Positions 40,448-51,478 of a DNA stretch of 64,000 nucleotides are shown one piece after another; positions within the stretch are counted from its first letter, which is position 1, and each line of letters starts with the position of its first letter. The position numbers and the translations under genes were made by a program. The stretch is from an uncultured Desulfospira sp. (GTDB lineage: Bacteria; Desulfobacterota; Desulfobacteria; Desulfobacterales; Desulfobacteraceae), in NCBI GenBank assembly GCA_963663165.1, contig OY760175.1, positions 4,160,001-4,224,000 of the forward strand, in the 5' to 3' direction. The notes below the pieces were generated by a model that was not told the DNA's origin, ran no database searches, and saw only the letters and a list, made by a program, of their open reading frames with translations.

Positions 40448-41463
40448 ACCTGACCCGTTGCGTTGTTCAATTTTTTGACCAATACCTGCCTTATGTCAAA
40501 GGGTGCCGCCCCAATACGATCAAAAGTTACCGGGATACCATGCGCTTTTTTTTACCGTTTGCTGCCGAGTACCACAGCGTAAAGGTCAGTTCGCTCAATC
40601 TGGAACATATCACGGTAGAATTAATTTTGCAGTTTCTCAATGAGCTTGAATCCAAACGGTCCAACACGGCTAAAACCCGGAACCAGCGCCTGGCCGTTTT
40701 AAAGTCTTTTGCCAAAATGATCCGTTTTATTTATCCCGAGCAACAAAAACTGACCAATGCGATCCTTGATATTCCCCGGAAACGAAGCCAACACAAGTTG
40801 ATCGGATTTTTGTATCCCCAGGAGATCAATCAAATCCTTAATGCGGTCCAACTTAAAAGAAAGGACGGGTTCCGAGATTATACCCTTCTGTATCTATTAT
40901 ATGATACCGGTGCCAGGGCAACGGAAATCGCTACCCTTGAGATGGATTATTTTGATTATGAAAATCAAACTCTGGCGATTCTTGGGAAGGGTAACCGATA
41001 TCGACAAGTTCAGTTGCTTGGGAAAACAGTAGAGCTTATGCATCAGTATATTGAAGAACATCGCAATACGCCAATCCATCCGTTTAAAAAAAGGCTGTTC
41101 ATCAACCAAAGAGGAACAAGCTTGACCCGCCACGGTATCAACCGGATCTGTAAAAACTACCTTGAACAGGCTTTACCGGCAAAGCGGACAGCGACCATGC
41201 ACCCCGTCCATAGCTTCCGTCATTCGTGTGCCGTTCGAATGCTCTCAGAGGATCGGCCTTTATCTGAAATTAAGAATCGCTTGGGGCATTCTAATGTCAA
41301 ATCCACAATGGTTTACTTAAAGCTTGATCTAGGCCAGAAGCGACATTTACAAGAGAACTTCATCCAGTTCACCAAACAGCACCTGAAATCTGATCCGAAA
41401 ATTGAGGAGTTGATCCAGTGGGAAAACAAGCAAAACGTTCTTGAGTGGCTGGATAGTCTATAG
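40444..41463 (+). CDS. Tyrosine recombinase (RitC-like)
   Basis: TRNQRLAVLKSF, TGARATE, GKGNR, HSFRHS, GHS..STMVY. Confidence 0.9.
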   Translation: MNLTRCVVQFFDQYLPYVKGCRPNTIKSYRDTMRFFLPFAAEYHSVKVSSLNLEHITVELILQFLNELESKRSNTAKTRNQRLAVLKSFAKMIRFIYPEQQKLTNAILDIPRKRSQHKLIGFLYPQEINQILNAVQLKRKDGFRDYTLLYLLYDTGARATEIATLEMDYFDYENQTLAILGKGNRYRQVQLLGKTVELMHQYIEEHRNTPIHPFKKRLFINQRGTSLTRHGINRICKNYLEQALPAKRTATMHPVHSFRHSCAVRMLSEDRPLSEIKNRLGHSNVKSTMVYLKLDLGQKRHLQENFIQFTKQHLKSDPKIEELIQWENKQNVLEWLDSL

Positions 41464-41658
41464 ATCCTTACAGACTTCATCACCAGCACTCCTCAGGGCA
41501 AACTGTAGCTGTTTATTATGTTTAGTGATTTGTTGCAAATTTGTCATACCCTTGATAACCCACTGTTTATTTGAACGATTTTGACTTACGGCATTACGGC
41601 GCCCAAACCACGGTCAATCAAGGCTTCAGGACCGCTCGCAACATAACTCCAAAATAAT

Positions 41659-41740
41659 GGACTTGGGACTTGGGATATGGGACTTGGGGATTGCCGTATC
41701 CATGGCCTCCCCAAGTCCCAAGTCCCATATCCCAAGTCCC
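41659..41740. repeat. Inverted pair of GGGACTT heptamer arrays forming a hairpin
   Basis: ggacttgggacttgggatatgggacttgggga ... tccccaagtcccaagtcccatatcccaagtccc. Confidence 0.9.
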
Positions 41741-41917
41741 AATTTTATACATTATTATCCTTATCACCCAAATTGGCATCACCAGCAGACAAGTTACATG
41801 CGATCTCCCTGTGCGGATAAAGCGCCTGGTTGACAATTTTCCCAATCAGCTATAATAAATACCACTTTTTTAACGGTATTTAATGGGTCCGCCCCTTTTT
41901 ATAAGGAAACCGACATC

Positions 41918-43480
41918 GTGGAAGACCAGCCCCGGGAGCAGACAGACCCGGATCATGAAAAAGAGGTCCTATCGGATATTGGCCGCTGCATCAGGGTGCT
42001 GGAAACCCTGGCAGACCGGTCTGAACTTTTGGCAAAAATCTCCGAAGATGAGCGCATCGCCCTGGTGACCGCAGCCGGTAAAATATCCCGGCCGGACAGG
42101 GCTGAAATTAAAAAACGCAACAAGGACAAAAAACGGCAGATGCGCCTGGCTGTTGTGGGAAAAGAGCGTCAGGCCCGGGCGGCAACCGGTATCCGCAAGG
42201 CCCGGGAAGCCGCTGTGTTTACGGCACCGGCCCAGATTGAGGGCCCTGGTGTCCAGGGCCGTAATGATACCCGGCGCCTGGATTCTGCCCGCAACTGTTA
42301 TGTGTGCAAGGAAAAGTTCACAACCCTTCATCATTTTTATGACAGCATGTGTCCCAGGTGTGCGGCGTTCAATTACACCAAGCGATTCCAGACCGCGTCC
42401 CTTGCGGGGCAGGTGGCGGTCATCACAGGCTCCAGGCTCAAGATTGGGTACCAGGCCGCCCTGATGATGCTCCAGGCCGGGGCAAGGGTGATTGCCACCA
42501 CCCGGTTTCCCAAGGATTCGGCCTTAAGGTTCTCTAAAGAACCCGATTTTGGCCAGTGGGGCCACAGGCTGCATGTTTACGGGCTGGATTTGCGCCATAT
42601 CCCCAGTGTGGAACTGTTTTGCGATCATGTTCAGCAAACCTATCCGCGCCTGGATATCCTGATCAACAATGCGGCCCAGACCGTCCGGCGGCCGCCCGGA
42701 TTTTATGCCCATTTGATGGCCACGGAACAGCAGGATATCTCATCGCTGCCCCCGGAGGCGGCAAGTCTTTTAGGCCATTACCGGGACTGCCTGGCAGGGC
42801 TGGATACCGGCCCAACCCGGGGGGATGACCCTTCCCTGCCCGTTGCCTGGAACGGCGCTGCCCCGGGAATCGGGCTGCGGCAGTCGGCCCGGCTCTCCCA
42901 GGTTCCCTATTCCTATGACCAGAGCCTGGATGATCCCCGGGTGTTCCCGGAAAAGGCCCTGGATGCCGATCTCCAGCAGGTGGACCTTCGGAAGACCAAC
43001 TCCTGGCGGCTGAAGTTAGGGCAGATTGAGACCGCAGAGATGCTGGAAATTCAGCTGGTGAACAATGTGGCCCCCTTTGTCCTGTGCAACCGGCTGGCAG
43101 AGATGATGAAAGCTGACTTTACCGGCCAGAAACACATTGTCAATGTCTCGGCCATGGAAGGCAAATTCCTGAGGTTCAAGAAAGGCAGCCGCCACCCCCA
43201 TACCAATATGGCCAAGGCCGCGCTAAACATGCTCACCCACACGGCCGCCGAAGACCTTGCCAAATACGGGATTTATATGAATGCCGTGGATACCGGCTGG
43301 GTCACGGATGAGGACCCGGCACTCCTTGCCCGGCTCAAAGAGGAGCGCCACGACTTTCAGCCTCCCCTGGATATCGTGGATGGGGCGGCCCGGATCTGCG
43401 ACCCCTTTTTCCACGGCATTTTAACGGGAAAGCACTGGTGCGGAAAATTTTTAAAAGATTATTTTCCTATCGACTGGTAG
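41918..43480 (+). CDS. SDR-family oxidoreductase with an N-terminal CxxC region
   Basis: [35 protein letters not shown]. Confidence 0.88.
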   Translation: MEDQPREQTDPDHEKEVLSDIGRCIRVLETLADRSELLAKISEDERIALVTAAGKISRPDRAEIKKRNKDKKRQMRLAVVGKERQARAATGIRKAREAAVFTAPAQIEGPGVQGRNDTRRLDSARNCYVCKEKFTTLHHFYDSMCPRCAAFNYTKRFQTASLAGQVAVITGSRLKIGYQAALMMLQAGARVIATTRFPKDSALRFSKEPDFGQWGHRLHVYGLDLRHIPSVELFCDHVQQTYPRLDILINNAAQTVRRPPGFYAHLMATEQQDISSLPPEAASLLGHYRDCLAGLDTGPTRGDDPSLPVAWNGAAPGIGLRQSARLSQVPYSYDQSLDDPRVFPEKALDADLQQVDLRKTNSWRLKLGQIETAEMLEIQLVNNVAPFVLCNRLAEMMKADFTGQKHIVNVSAMEGKFLRFKKGSRHPHTNMAKAALNMLTHTAAEDLAKYGIYMNAVDTGWVTDEDPALLARLKEERHDFQPPLDIVDGAARICDPFFHGILTGKHWCGKFLKDYFPIDW

Positions 43481-43599
43481 CAATCGATTTTTCATGCCAG
43501 GTCTGGTATTGTTTTTTCTGTCTTTCCCTCCACGATCAAAACAACCGGCCGGCTGCCGGTATCCGGCTGGCCCGTGAAAATTTAAGATGGAGACTTTTC

Positions 43600-44961
43600 A
43601 TGAATTTAAAATTTGTGTCAAAGACGGTACCGGTCCTGGCGGCGATTTTCTGGTTGTTTTCTGGACCGGCCCTGGCCAAGGTTGACCTGACCACCCTCAC
43701 CGACCGGGACCAGGTTCAGCTTACCATTTATAACAGTGCTGACCTGACCCTGGTCCGGGACACCCGGTTTCTCAACTTTAATCCCGGGATGAACCAGATC
43801 CAGTTTTCCTGGGCAGGGACAAGGATTGATCCCACGTCCCTGACCCTTGAGATTAAATCGCCTGACGCACCGGCCGCCGTGACCCAGATGAGCTTTCCTC
43901 CCCAGGCCAAAGACCTTGGCATCTGGTATATTCAGGCAGACAAGGCCTGCCGGGCCCAGGTGGACATCACCTATTTTACCTCCGGGATTTCATGGCAGGC
44001 CTTTTATACAGCGGTGATGTCGGAAGACGAAACCGCCATGGGGTTAAAGGGGTATGTCCGGGTCAACAACCAGTCCGGGGAGGATTATCCCAATGCAAAG
44101 ACCCGCCTGGTGGTGGGGAAAATCAATCTGCTGGACGAAATTGCTTTTTTGGCCCAGCGCACCTATCCATACGGCGCACCGGAAAAACCGGTTCCGGTAC
44201 AGCAGGTCCGGGCCGCCTACGCCAAAGCGGCCCGGATGATGGAGGCGCTCCCGTCTGTGGGCATGGACAGCGAAGAGATCGCGGCCCGGCCAAAGGAGAT
44301 TGTCAAACAGGGGTTGTCCGAGTATTTCCTGTATACGGTTGAGGGACGGGAAACCATCCCCAGCGGGTGGGCCAAGCAGCTGCTCTCCTTTGATGCCCCC
44401 AGGGTGGCGGTGGAAAATGTCTACCAGTATGAAGAAGAAAGGTATGGCGACCAGGTGGTCCGCAAACTCAAGTTTACCAACGATAAACCATCCGGGCTTG
44501 GGGCCGTCCCCCTGCCGGCCGGAGAGGTGAGCGTGTATCAATCCGTGGACCGCCAGGGCGGAATGGCCTTTGCCGGGTCTGCTCCGATGAAATATCTGTC
44601 TGTGGGCAAACCCTCGGAACTTGATTTGGGGCCGTCACAGCGGGTATCGGTCAAGCCTGTGGTCATGGGGTATGTGAAGAAACATCTCATCTTTGATGAA
44701 GAAAAAGATTTGTCCGGGTTTGACGAGGTCCGGGATATGGAAATCAAAACCGCCAACTTTTCAGACACCAAAGCCCGGATCGAGATTACCCGGAATATGG
44801 GAAATCCCCATTTTAAGCTGGACAAGATATCTTTTAAGGGGAAATTTGAAAAAATCGACCAGGACAGCTTTAAATTTGAACTGCTGCTGGATCCGGGTCA
44901 AAAGGAGACCATTCGGTATCAGCTAACCCGTTTTGCAGGAGAAAGAAAATGGCAGCAGTAA
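43600..44961 (+). CDS. DUF4139-like secreted protein
   Basis: Signal peptide; LTIYNSADLTLVRD, YFTSGISWQAFY, NQSGEDY, PLPAG. Confidence 0.8.
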   Translation: MNLKFVSKTVPVLAAIFWLFSGPALAKVDLTTLTDRDQVQLTIYNSADLTLVRDTRFLNFNPGMNQIQFSWAGTRIDPTSLTLEIKSPDAPAAVTQMSFPPQAKDLGIWYIQADKACRAQVDITYFTSGISWQAFYTAVMSEDETAMGLKGYVRVNNQSGEDYPNAKTRLVVGKINLLDEIAFLAQRTYPYGAPEKPVPVQQVRAAYAKAARMMEALPSVGMDSEEIAARPKEIVKQGLSEYFLYTVEGRETIPSGWAKQLLSFDAPRVAVENVYQYEEERYGDQVVRKLKFTNDKPSGLGAVPLPAGEVSVYQSVDRQGGMAFAGSAPMKYLSVGKPSELDLGPSQRVSVKPVVMGYVKKHLIFDEEKDLSGFDEVRDMEIKTANFSDTKARIEITRNMGNPHFKLDKISFKGKFEKIDQDSFKFELLLDPGQKETIRYQLTRFAGERKWQQ

Positions 44962-46115
44962 GATTACCGTTCACGGCCCCCGTCATTACCGGCTTAGGGG
45001 TGTTTCTGGCCCTTTGCCTGATCCTGTGCCCGCCCGTTTTCCGGATTTGCCAGGCCAGGACCAGCCTGGTTTCCCTGCCGGCCAGGGATCAGGTGGTGGT
45101 CCGCCTCACCGGCGGCCATGCGGCCCTGGTTCAGGAAAAGCGGACCTTGAGCCTTAAAAAGGGGCGCAATGAAATTGACTTTTCCTGGCAGAACGTGGCC
45201 ATTGACCCGGACTCCATCCTGCTTGAACCTGTGGGCGGCAGCACCACGTTGCTGTCGGTCTCTTTTCCGCCGGGGGAATCCGCCCTGGTGTGGGAGGTTC
45301 ACAGCAAGGCCGATACATCCCAGCCCGTGGTGATTTCCTATCTTCTTGAGGGGCTGGACAGCCTGGTCACCTACGAAGCTACGGCAGACGCCGGTGAAAA
45401 GGCCATCCGGCTGAAATCCCACCTGATCTTACGCAATTTTTCAGGAGAGGATTTTGCCCCGGCCACCATCTGGCTCAACCCGGCCACGTCGTTTCCCACA
45501 GAGTCCCGGAACTTTGAAACCCGGAAAATCCTCTATTTTGACAAGGCCGGCATTCCCGTGACCAAAGTGTATACCTGGGATTCGGCCATCATGCCCCATG
45601 ACCCTGAAAAGGAAAAAACCGCCGTGGGAATCCCTGCCGGGTACAAGCTTGAGAATACAACGGCAGGCGGTTTGGGGTTTGCCGATCTGATTCACGGAAA
45701 GGTCCGGCTGTACCAGGAAGATTTAAGCCAAACCACCATTTTTTCAGGCGAGGATATGGCCCGGTTTGTGCCCAGAGGGGATAAGCTTATCCTTGAAACC
45801 GGAAAAACCCGGGACGTTATCGTTGCCAAACACCGGATGGACAGCGAGCGGACCCATATCCGCCGGAACGACAGCGGCAAAATCCAGGTTTATGACGAAA
45901 TCGTCAAAGCCCGGTTCACCATTGAAAACACAAAGGAGAGCCCCGTTGTCCTGACCCTGAAAGATTATATTGAAGGCCAGTGGGAGCCGGTTAAAATGGG
46001 CGCTGAATACCGCAAAGAGGATTACCGGACCCTGGTGTTTGAGATCGCCCTGGCCCCGGGGGAGAAAAAGACCCTGGATTTAGCTATGACCACAAAATTC
46101 AGTTGGATTTTGTAG
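44949..46115 (+). CDS. DUF4139-like paralogue; C-terminus possibly altered by the adjacent IS
   Basis: LVQEKR, FSWQNVAIDPDS, NFSGEDF. Confidence 0.75.
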   Translation: MAAVRLPFTAPVITGLGVFLALCLILCPPVFRICQARTSLVSLPARDQVVVRLTGGHAALVQEKRTLSLKKGRNEIDFSWQNVAIDPDSILLEPVGGSTTLLSVSFPPGESALVWEVHSKADTSQPVVISYLLEGLDSLVTYEATADAGEKAIRLKSHLILRNFSGEDFAPATIWLNPATSFPTESRNFETRKILYFDKAGIPVTKVYTWDSAIMPHDPEKEKTAVGIPAGYKLENTTAGGLGFADLIHGKVRLYQEDLSQTTIFSGEDMARFVPRGDKLILETGKTRDVIVAKHRMDSERTHIRRNDSGKIQVYDEIVKARFTIENTKESPVVLTLKDYIEGQWEPVKMGAEYRKEDYRTLVFEIALAPGEKKTLDLAMTTKFSWIL

Positions 46116-46117
46116 AA

Positions 46118-47945
46118 TCATGAACATTTCTCCAAAGCCAGTTGAATTTTTTCCGGCAGATTATCCATTATTATCAATTTCCTAAAGCCCGGCAGTACCC
46201 GGTCGGTATGAGAAATTGAAGAAATAGGTTCATATCCGTCGATTTCGAGGTCCGCGAACAGTTCTTCAAGATTTTTCTTCCCATTCAGAAGCAAGTGCAT
46301 ATACTCAGGATTTCCCAAATTTTTTATCAGGGGCGTGTCAGCCAGCATTGCATGCAAAATCCGCCGCATTGAGTTGTTACCGGTTTTTCTTCGATGATCA
46401 CGGCGCAGCCCCCGAAAAAATTGTTCCAACAGGTTGTTGGTGCGCTGAGGATAGATGGTTATTTTTCCGGACGGAGTGTCGACCTCAATGGGATCTGCAA
46501 ACAGTCGTTCATCGTATTTATCGATCTGTTTAGCCAACTTTTGACAAAGCAGATCTCTTTTGTACTTGGTGTTTTTATCAAGTCTCGAACGGAATCGGCC
46601 TACGGCTTTTTGGATACTGTTCATGGATTTGTTCGATCCATCATCATTCAAGCCGTTCCGTCCGGAAGGATCTGCAATACGCATTTTTCTCCGGAGGTCA
46701 TCAAAAAGCAGGGTCCGCCATTCAAGATCATCAATAGATCGAATGAAATCGGGATCATTACAGATATTTTTGGCCAGGTTATTGAGCTTGCCAAATAACC
46801 GTTCTCCAACTTTGTCCCGGGGGACCTTTTTTTGAATGGAGGGTAGAGAATCTTTCAATTGCGCAATTCTGCGGGCAAAGGCCAGAAGTGGTCGATCAAA
46901 CGGGAACCCATATCCGTTTCCTTCTTTTTTACCCTGTAGGCACCACAGGCACAGAGAATAGATCGAAGCCGAAGATGTCTGATCCATAGTTTCTAACGTA
47001 TGTCCTTCTGTAATGGCAGCTGTCAGGTGCTCCGCATCAAGAGCATGGTTATCAATCCGTTGGTGAAGATCGCGGATAATTTCACCCAGCCTGGTGGTGG
47101 CGGCATGTTTTTGCAGGGTTTTTCTTAATTGACCGTAAGAGGGTTCGAGCAGATCCTTTCCAGCATCCCGCAGAAAATGAAAATGGCAGACAAAGTCTCG
47201 GGTACCAGGAAAAACCAGGGACACTGCTTTACAGATACCAGTCCCCATGTCATGGACACAGGCAATGGGGGGGCCGTAGTTTCTTTGCAGTTGCTCAAGG
47301 AAAGGTACGATATGGTCGGTATGTTCGCTGGGGATTTTTACATTGCCCAGTACAATCTGCTTCAGACCGTCCATCCCGGTCATCAGAACTGGAGCATCTC
47401 CTTCATGGGTGGCATCCAGGTGCAATATGTATCCGCCGCTGCGGTTCATGGCCTGTTCAATGCGAGGGGTGGCCTGCTGGTGCGCCAATGCGAGGTAGAG
47501 AATGAATTTGCGTCCAAGGTATTCGACTTCTGAAGGGCTCAAATCAATATTTTTGAGCATAAGTTCAAGGCAGACCTCATCAGTTGTCAGACAGCGATGG
47601 TAAAGACTTTTACCGACAAAGACAAGGACATCCCATGCCACATTACAATATCTGGCAACGATGTTCCGCAAATCTTTCGAACGGTAAACTTTTCGGCATG
47701 TCCGGCAGTGGTACAGGGTCTCATGGGCTTTAAAAGGACCGCTCATGGTAAACACGGTTTTTCGTCTGGTTTTCTGGACAAAAAGAGTCCTGCCGCAAGA
47801 ACAACGATTCTCTTTGGGCCGAAACCTGACGTCCGGGGGATTCGGGAACAATGCCCCCGGCAGTGTATCGTGGTAAAGCCGGGTTAAATTCCGGCTGAGC
47901 GCGAGCCAGGCCTTGGCTCCGGAATTCAGGCCTTTTTTTTTATCC
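46118..47945 (-). CDS. DDE transposase OrfB (IS256/Mutator/ISL3-like fold); start uncertain
   Basis: Zn ribbon, LHLDAT, VHDMG, CHFH, RTNNLLEQFFR. Confidence 0.82.
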
Positions 47946-48567
47946 CGTGTGTATCGAAAAGCGTTTGAATCTGATCTGTGTTGATCCGCACTCCTGTTTT
48001 TTGAAAAACAGATTTGGCCAACTGTTTCAAATCCAAACCGGGTTTCTGGATAAATACCACGAGGATCTGTACAGCCAACTCCGCCGGCAGGGGTGTATAT
48101 TCCGTTTGAAGGGCTTTTTCCTGAACATCGGCTTTGACAGGATCGATGGCCAGGTACACATAGGAACTGCCGTGCTTTTGTCTTTGCAGCTGCCCCTTGC
48201 GGTATAATTGAACCAGAACGGCATGGCAGCGGCACCGAAGCAACTGCCCCAGTTGATCGGCTGTCATCCCCGATGTGCTTTTCTCGACCAGATTCACCAG
48301 CGTATGGGTAAGCGGGCCATGTCTTGAAAAACCGATATCCCGGTAAAACCAAAGACCCTTGCTGCTGAAACGGGGTATCGAGGCCAGGGTGTACCATTTC
48401 CCATTGTGGGAAAAACTGCTGAAGTAACCGGTTTTGGCCAGGAATCGCCGAACTGAAGGGATGGAGTAGTTCATTCGCTCGGCCAGTGGTTGGATCATCC
48501 AGCATTTGTTTTCCTGAAAGGCTGAAATCAGCTTCAGGTCTGGTGTTTTGTCCATATGTACCAGCAC
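47926..48567 (-). CDS. IS-associated OrfA, putative DNA-binding protein
   Basis: 213 aa with GGAGG RBS; ends in the A9G run overlapping the OrfB frame. Confidence 0.75.
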   Translation of the reverse strand: MLVHMDKTPDLKLISAFQENKCWMIQPLAERMNYSIPSVRRFLAKTGYFSSFSHNGKWYTLASIPRFSSKGLWFYRDIGFSRHGPLTHTLVNLVEKSTSGMTADQLGQLLRCRCHAVLVQLYRKGQLQRQKHGSSYVYLAIDPVKADVQEKALQTEYTPLPAELAVQILVVFIQKPGLDLKQLAKSVFQKTGVRINTDQIQTLFDTHGIKKKA

Positions 48568-48948
48568 CTCCTGATAAAGTATTGCAAATATACTCAGAAC
48601 TAACCAAATATATGCAATACTTTATCAAAAGCGGGCTGACATTACAAGCCTTGATTTGAATTTTTACTAGCAAGTAATATAACCCAGGATCCTTTATTTT
48701 CGGGTCTTTTACAATTTTTTGTTTTTTATGGGTCAAATTAAGAATGAGAAAAAATGTCATAAAAAAATGATCAAGTATGGCATTTTTTGGCTTGTAACCG
48801 ATTGACATTATTGAATCCAACCGTTATTTGTGATCATAGGGATTTAGAATATAAGATGCTGAATCTATTTGCCCGGGAGTTTTCAGAATAACCTGACTTT
48901 TCGTCCAAAGACAAGGATTTCGTTCAGGCGATAGCTAACAGCTAACGG

Positions 48949-51360
48949 CTAACAGCTAATACATACATCCCAAAGCAGCGCCACATCAACATCATAAATA
49001 TCCGAGCGTCTTGGTTTGATGGGGAAGGTCCGGATCTCATAATTTTCAATATTGAATTTTTCCGTCAGCGTTGCGGCATCGGATTCAATCTGGGCGGCCA
49101 GGGCATCCATATCCGCCTGAAGCAGGGCCGCGCTGTCTTGGGCCCTGCGGACATCGCCCTTTTCCTTACTCACCCGGCCCACGCCCCGGACCCCGGAGGC
49201 GGCCCGGCGGATATTGCCTGCCGAGAATGTCTTGCGGCCGAAAAAAGCCCCAAGAACCGCCGTGCCGAAGCTGATCAGGGTATCCGCGGTTTTGGCCTGG
49301 ACATCCTGTTTTTCTTTTTCCACCCGGACAAGGGCCTTTTCCAGCCGGTCTTCAAGGCGCTGCTGCTTTTGGGCATAATTTTTCCGGAGGTCTTCAATTG
49401 CCTGCTCCTTCTGGTCCCGCAAATGGTCCCGAAGCCGGATTTTAAAGTCGGCCAGACCCTCTCCAGGCTCAGATTCAAAGCCCAGTTTATCCACGCAAAA
49501 CAGCTCCAGCCGCTGGCTGTGGTAAAGATGGTCGGTAAATTCTTTTTGCAGGGAACGAAAATTTTTCATCCGGGCAAAGGCATTGGGCAGGGGATAAAAC
49601 TGGGACGCCCGGGGCGCGGTCGTTGAGCAGTCCGCCAGGTCAAATTCCATGGGCTCAAGCTGTTCCCAATCGGCATCGCGCCAGTCTTCAGGCAGGTAAA
49701 GCCTGCGGCAGACCCTGCTGTCCTGCTCGATATGGCGTTTGGCGTTGTAAAACCTTACAGACGCAGACACCGCCAGCCAGGGCTCAAAAACAGGGGCCTG
49801 GTCAATCACATTGGGCAGGCGGAACCGCTGTTCAATGTCCCGGCTGATCACGGGGGCCATGGCTTGGGCCGGCGGCAGATCCGGTTTTGGGGCCGGCGAA
49901 ACCGGTCCCCGGCCATGATCCTCGATTAAAGTCGCGGCGGCAGGGTCTTTTCGGCCGGCCGTCAGTTTTTCAATGTCCCGGCTGGAGATGGGCCCCTTCA
50001 GGTAGGACATGACCCACCGGGTTTCAAACACCGTTGTCCCGTCAAGGTGAACACAGTTGAGCAGAAACTGCCTTCCCTGGAGAGCGGCGATCAGCCTGCG
50101 GGTCTCCCCGATTTCCAGTTGGCCGTTGCTGGCCCCGGCAATGCCTTCCACCACCTTGTCCTGGTCCTGGCGGGTCTGCATCCGGCCGATAAACCAGGTG
50201 CCGATATTGGAAAGTCCCTTGTAGTCAAGGTCCACGGGGTTTTGTGAGGAAAGGACAACCCCGACCCCAAAGGCCCTGGCCTGCTTGAGAAGCAGCATCA
50301 TGGGCTTTTTGGAAGGGGGGTTGGCTCCCGGGGGAAAATACCCGAAAATTTCATCCATATAGAGCAGGGCCTTGAGGGAGGCAGATCCCTGCTGGCGCCG
50401 CATCCAGCTGACCACGCGGTTGAGCAGCATGGTCACGAAAAACATTCTCTCGCTGTCCGTGAGGTGGGAGATGGAAAATATGGCGGTCCGGGGCCGGCCG
50501 TCATTTTTGTAGAGAATCTGCTGAATATCCAGGGGAACCCCCTGGGTCCAGGCGGAAAAAGACGGGCTTGCCAGGACGTTGTTCAAGGTCATGGCCAGCT
50601 TCATTCGGTCGGTCTGGGGGTAAAAGCTGTTCATGGGAAACACGCCGACTTTCTCAAACGGGGGCGCCACAATCCCGCCGATCAGGGCTTCCAGGGAAGG
50701 GGATTCCCCTTTTCGCCAGTAATGCAGCAACAGGGAGCTGATAAGGATATGCTCCCGGCTCTGCAGCGGGTCCGCCTTGATGGAGACCAGGGATAACAGG
50801 CTGCTCACACTGGCTTCCACCAGGTCGTTGAGGGTGTCGGCGTCATCGATCATCCCGGGGGAAGGGGCCTGAAAACTCTCAAGGACGCAAACCGGTGTGC
50901 CCGCAGAGCTGCCCGGCGTATAGATGGTCAGGTCCGACTTGGCGCCCATGGCCTCAATACGTTCCGGTCCCTGGCCCCATGCGGCCAGGCCCTGTTTCCA
51001 GGTATCGGCTGTTTTTTGGGCAAACTCAGGGACATCCATGCCTTTTCTGGCGGCTTCGGCCGGGTCGATCCAGGGCTCGAAATCCCGGGCCCGGCACTCG
51101 GGGAAGGTGAGCAGCAGGTTTCCCATGTCCCCCTTGGGATCAATGATGATGGAGGGGATCTCGTCCATGATGGCCTCTTCGATGAGGCCAAGCCCCAACC
51201 CGGTCTTGCCCGAGCCGGTCATCCCCAGGATCACCCCGTGGGTAACCAGGTTCCGGCTCGCATATAAAAACGGCGCATCACCGGCCGGTTGCCCGTTTAA
51301 ATCAAGCTCTCGCCCCAGATAAAACAACCCCATTTTCTCGTATGTCGTACTGATGGCCAT
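48949..51360 (-). CDS. HerA/DUF87-like P-loop ATPase with a C-terminal coiled coil
   Basis: GMTGSGKT, IIDPKGD, LYMDE, KQARAFGVG..SQNP. Confidence 0.85.
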   Translation of the reverse strand: MAISTTYEKMGLFYLGRELDLNGQPAGDAPFLYASRNLVTHGVILGMTGSGKTGLGLGLIEEAIMDEIPSIIIDPKGDMGNLLLTFPECRARDFEPWIDPAEAARKGMDVPEFAQKTADTWKQGLAAWGQGPERIEAMGAKSDLTIYTPGSSAGTPVCVLESFQAPSPGMIDDADTLNDLVEASVSSLLSLVSIKADPLQSREHILISSLLLHYWRKGESPSLEALIGGIVAPPFEKVGVFPMNSFYPQTDRMKLAMTLNNVLASPSFSAWTQGVPLDIQQILYKNDGRPRTAIFSISHLTDSERMFFVTMLLNRVVSWMRRQQGSASLKALLYMDEIFGYFPPGANPPSKKPMMLLLKQARAFGVGVVLSSQNPVDLDYKGLSNIGTWFIGRMQTRQDQDKVVEGIAGASNGQLEIGETRRLIAALQGRQFLLNCVHLDGTTVFETRWVMSYLKGPISSRDIEKLTAGRKDPAAATLIEDHGRGPVSPAPKPDLPPAQAMAPVISRDIEQRFRLPNVIDQAPVFEPWLAVSASVRFYNAKRHIEQDSRVCRRLYLPEDWRDADWEQLEPMEFDLADCSTTAPRASQFYPLPNAFARMKNFRSLQKEFTDHLYHSQRLELFCVDKLGFESEPGEGLADFKIRLRDHLRDQKEQAIEDLRKNYAQKQQRLEDRLEKALVRVEKEKQDVQAKTADTLISFGTAVLGAFFGRKTFSAGNIRRAASGVRGVGRVSKEKGDVRRAQDSAALLQADMDALAAQIESDAATLTEKFNIENYEIRTFPIKPRRSDIYDVDVALLWDVCISC

Positions 51361-51478
51361 TTTTTTCCTCTTTTTGCGGTAAGGCTGTGGTGACGGGTTA
51401 TCCCTGCGGTCACAGGCGTTATCTTCCATTCATCCCCATTATATCCTCAGATGATCCATCTGGGTATTAAAATGTGGG

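Larger units (their letters stand above)
37512..41764 (+). mobile_element. RIT-like element (recombinases in trio) with two extra upstream ORFs
   Basis: Three overlapping tyrosine recombinases; inverted ends ataaggataat/attatccttat and ttatgttgtgag/ctcgcaacataa. Confidence 0.8.

Noticed and set aside
46118..48820. 900-aa ORF as one protein
   Set aside because: The N-terminal third overlaps the 213-aa ORF, which has a good RBS; transposase motifs begin only after the A9 run.
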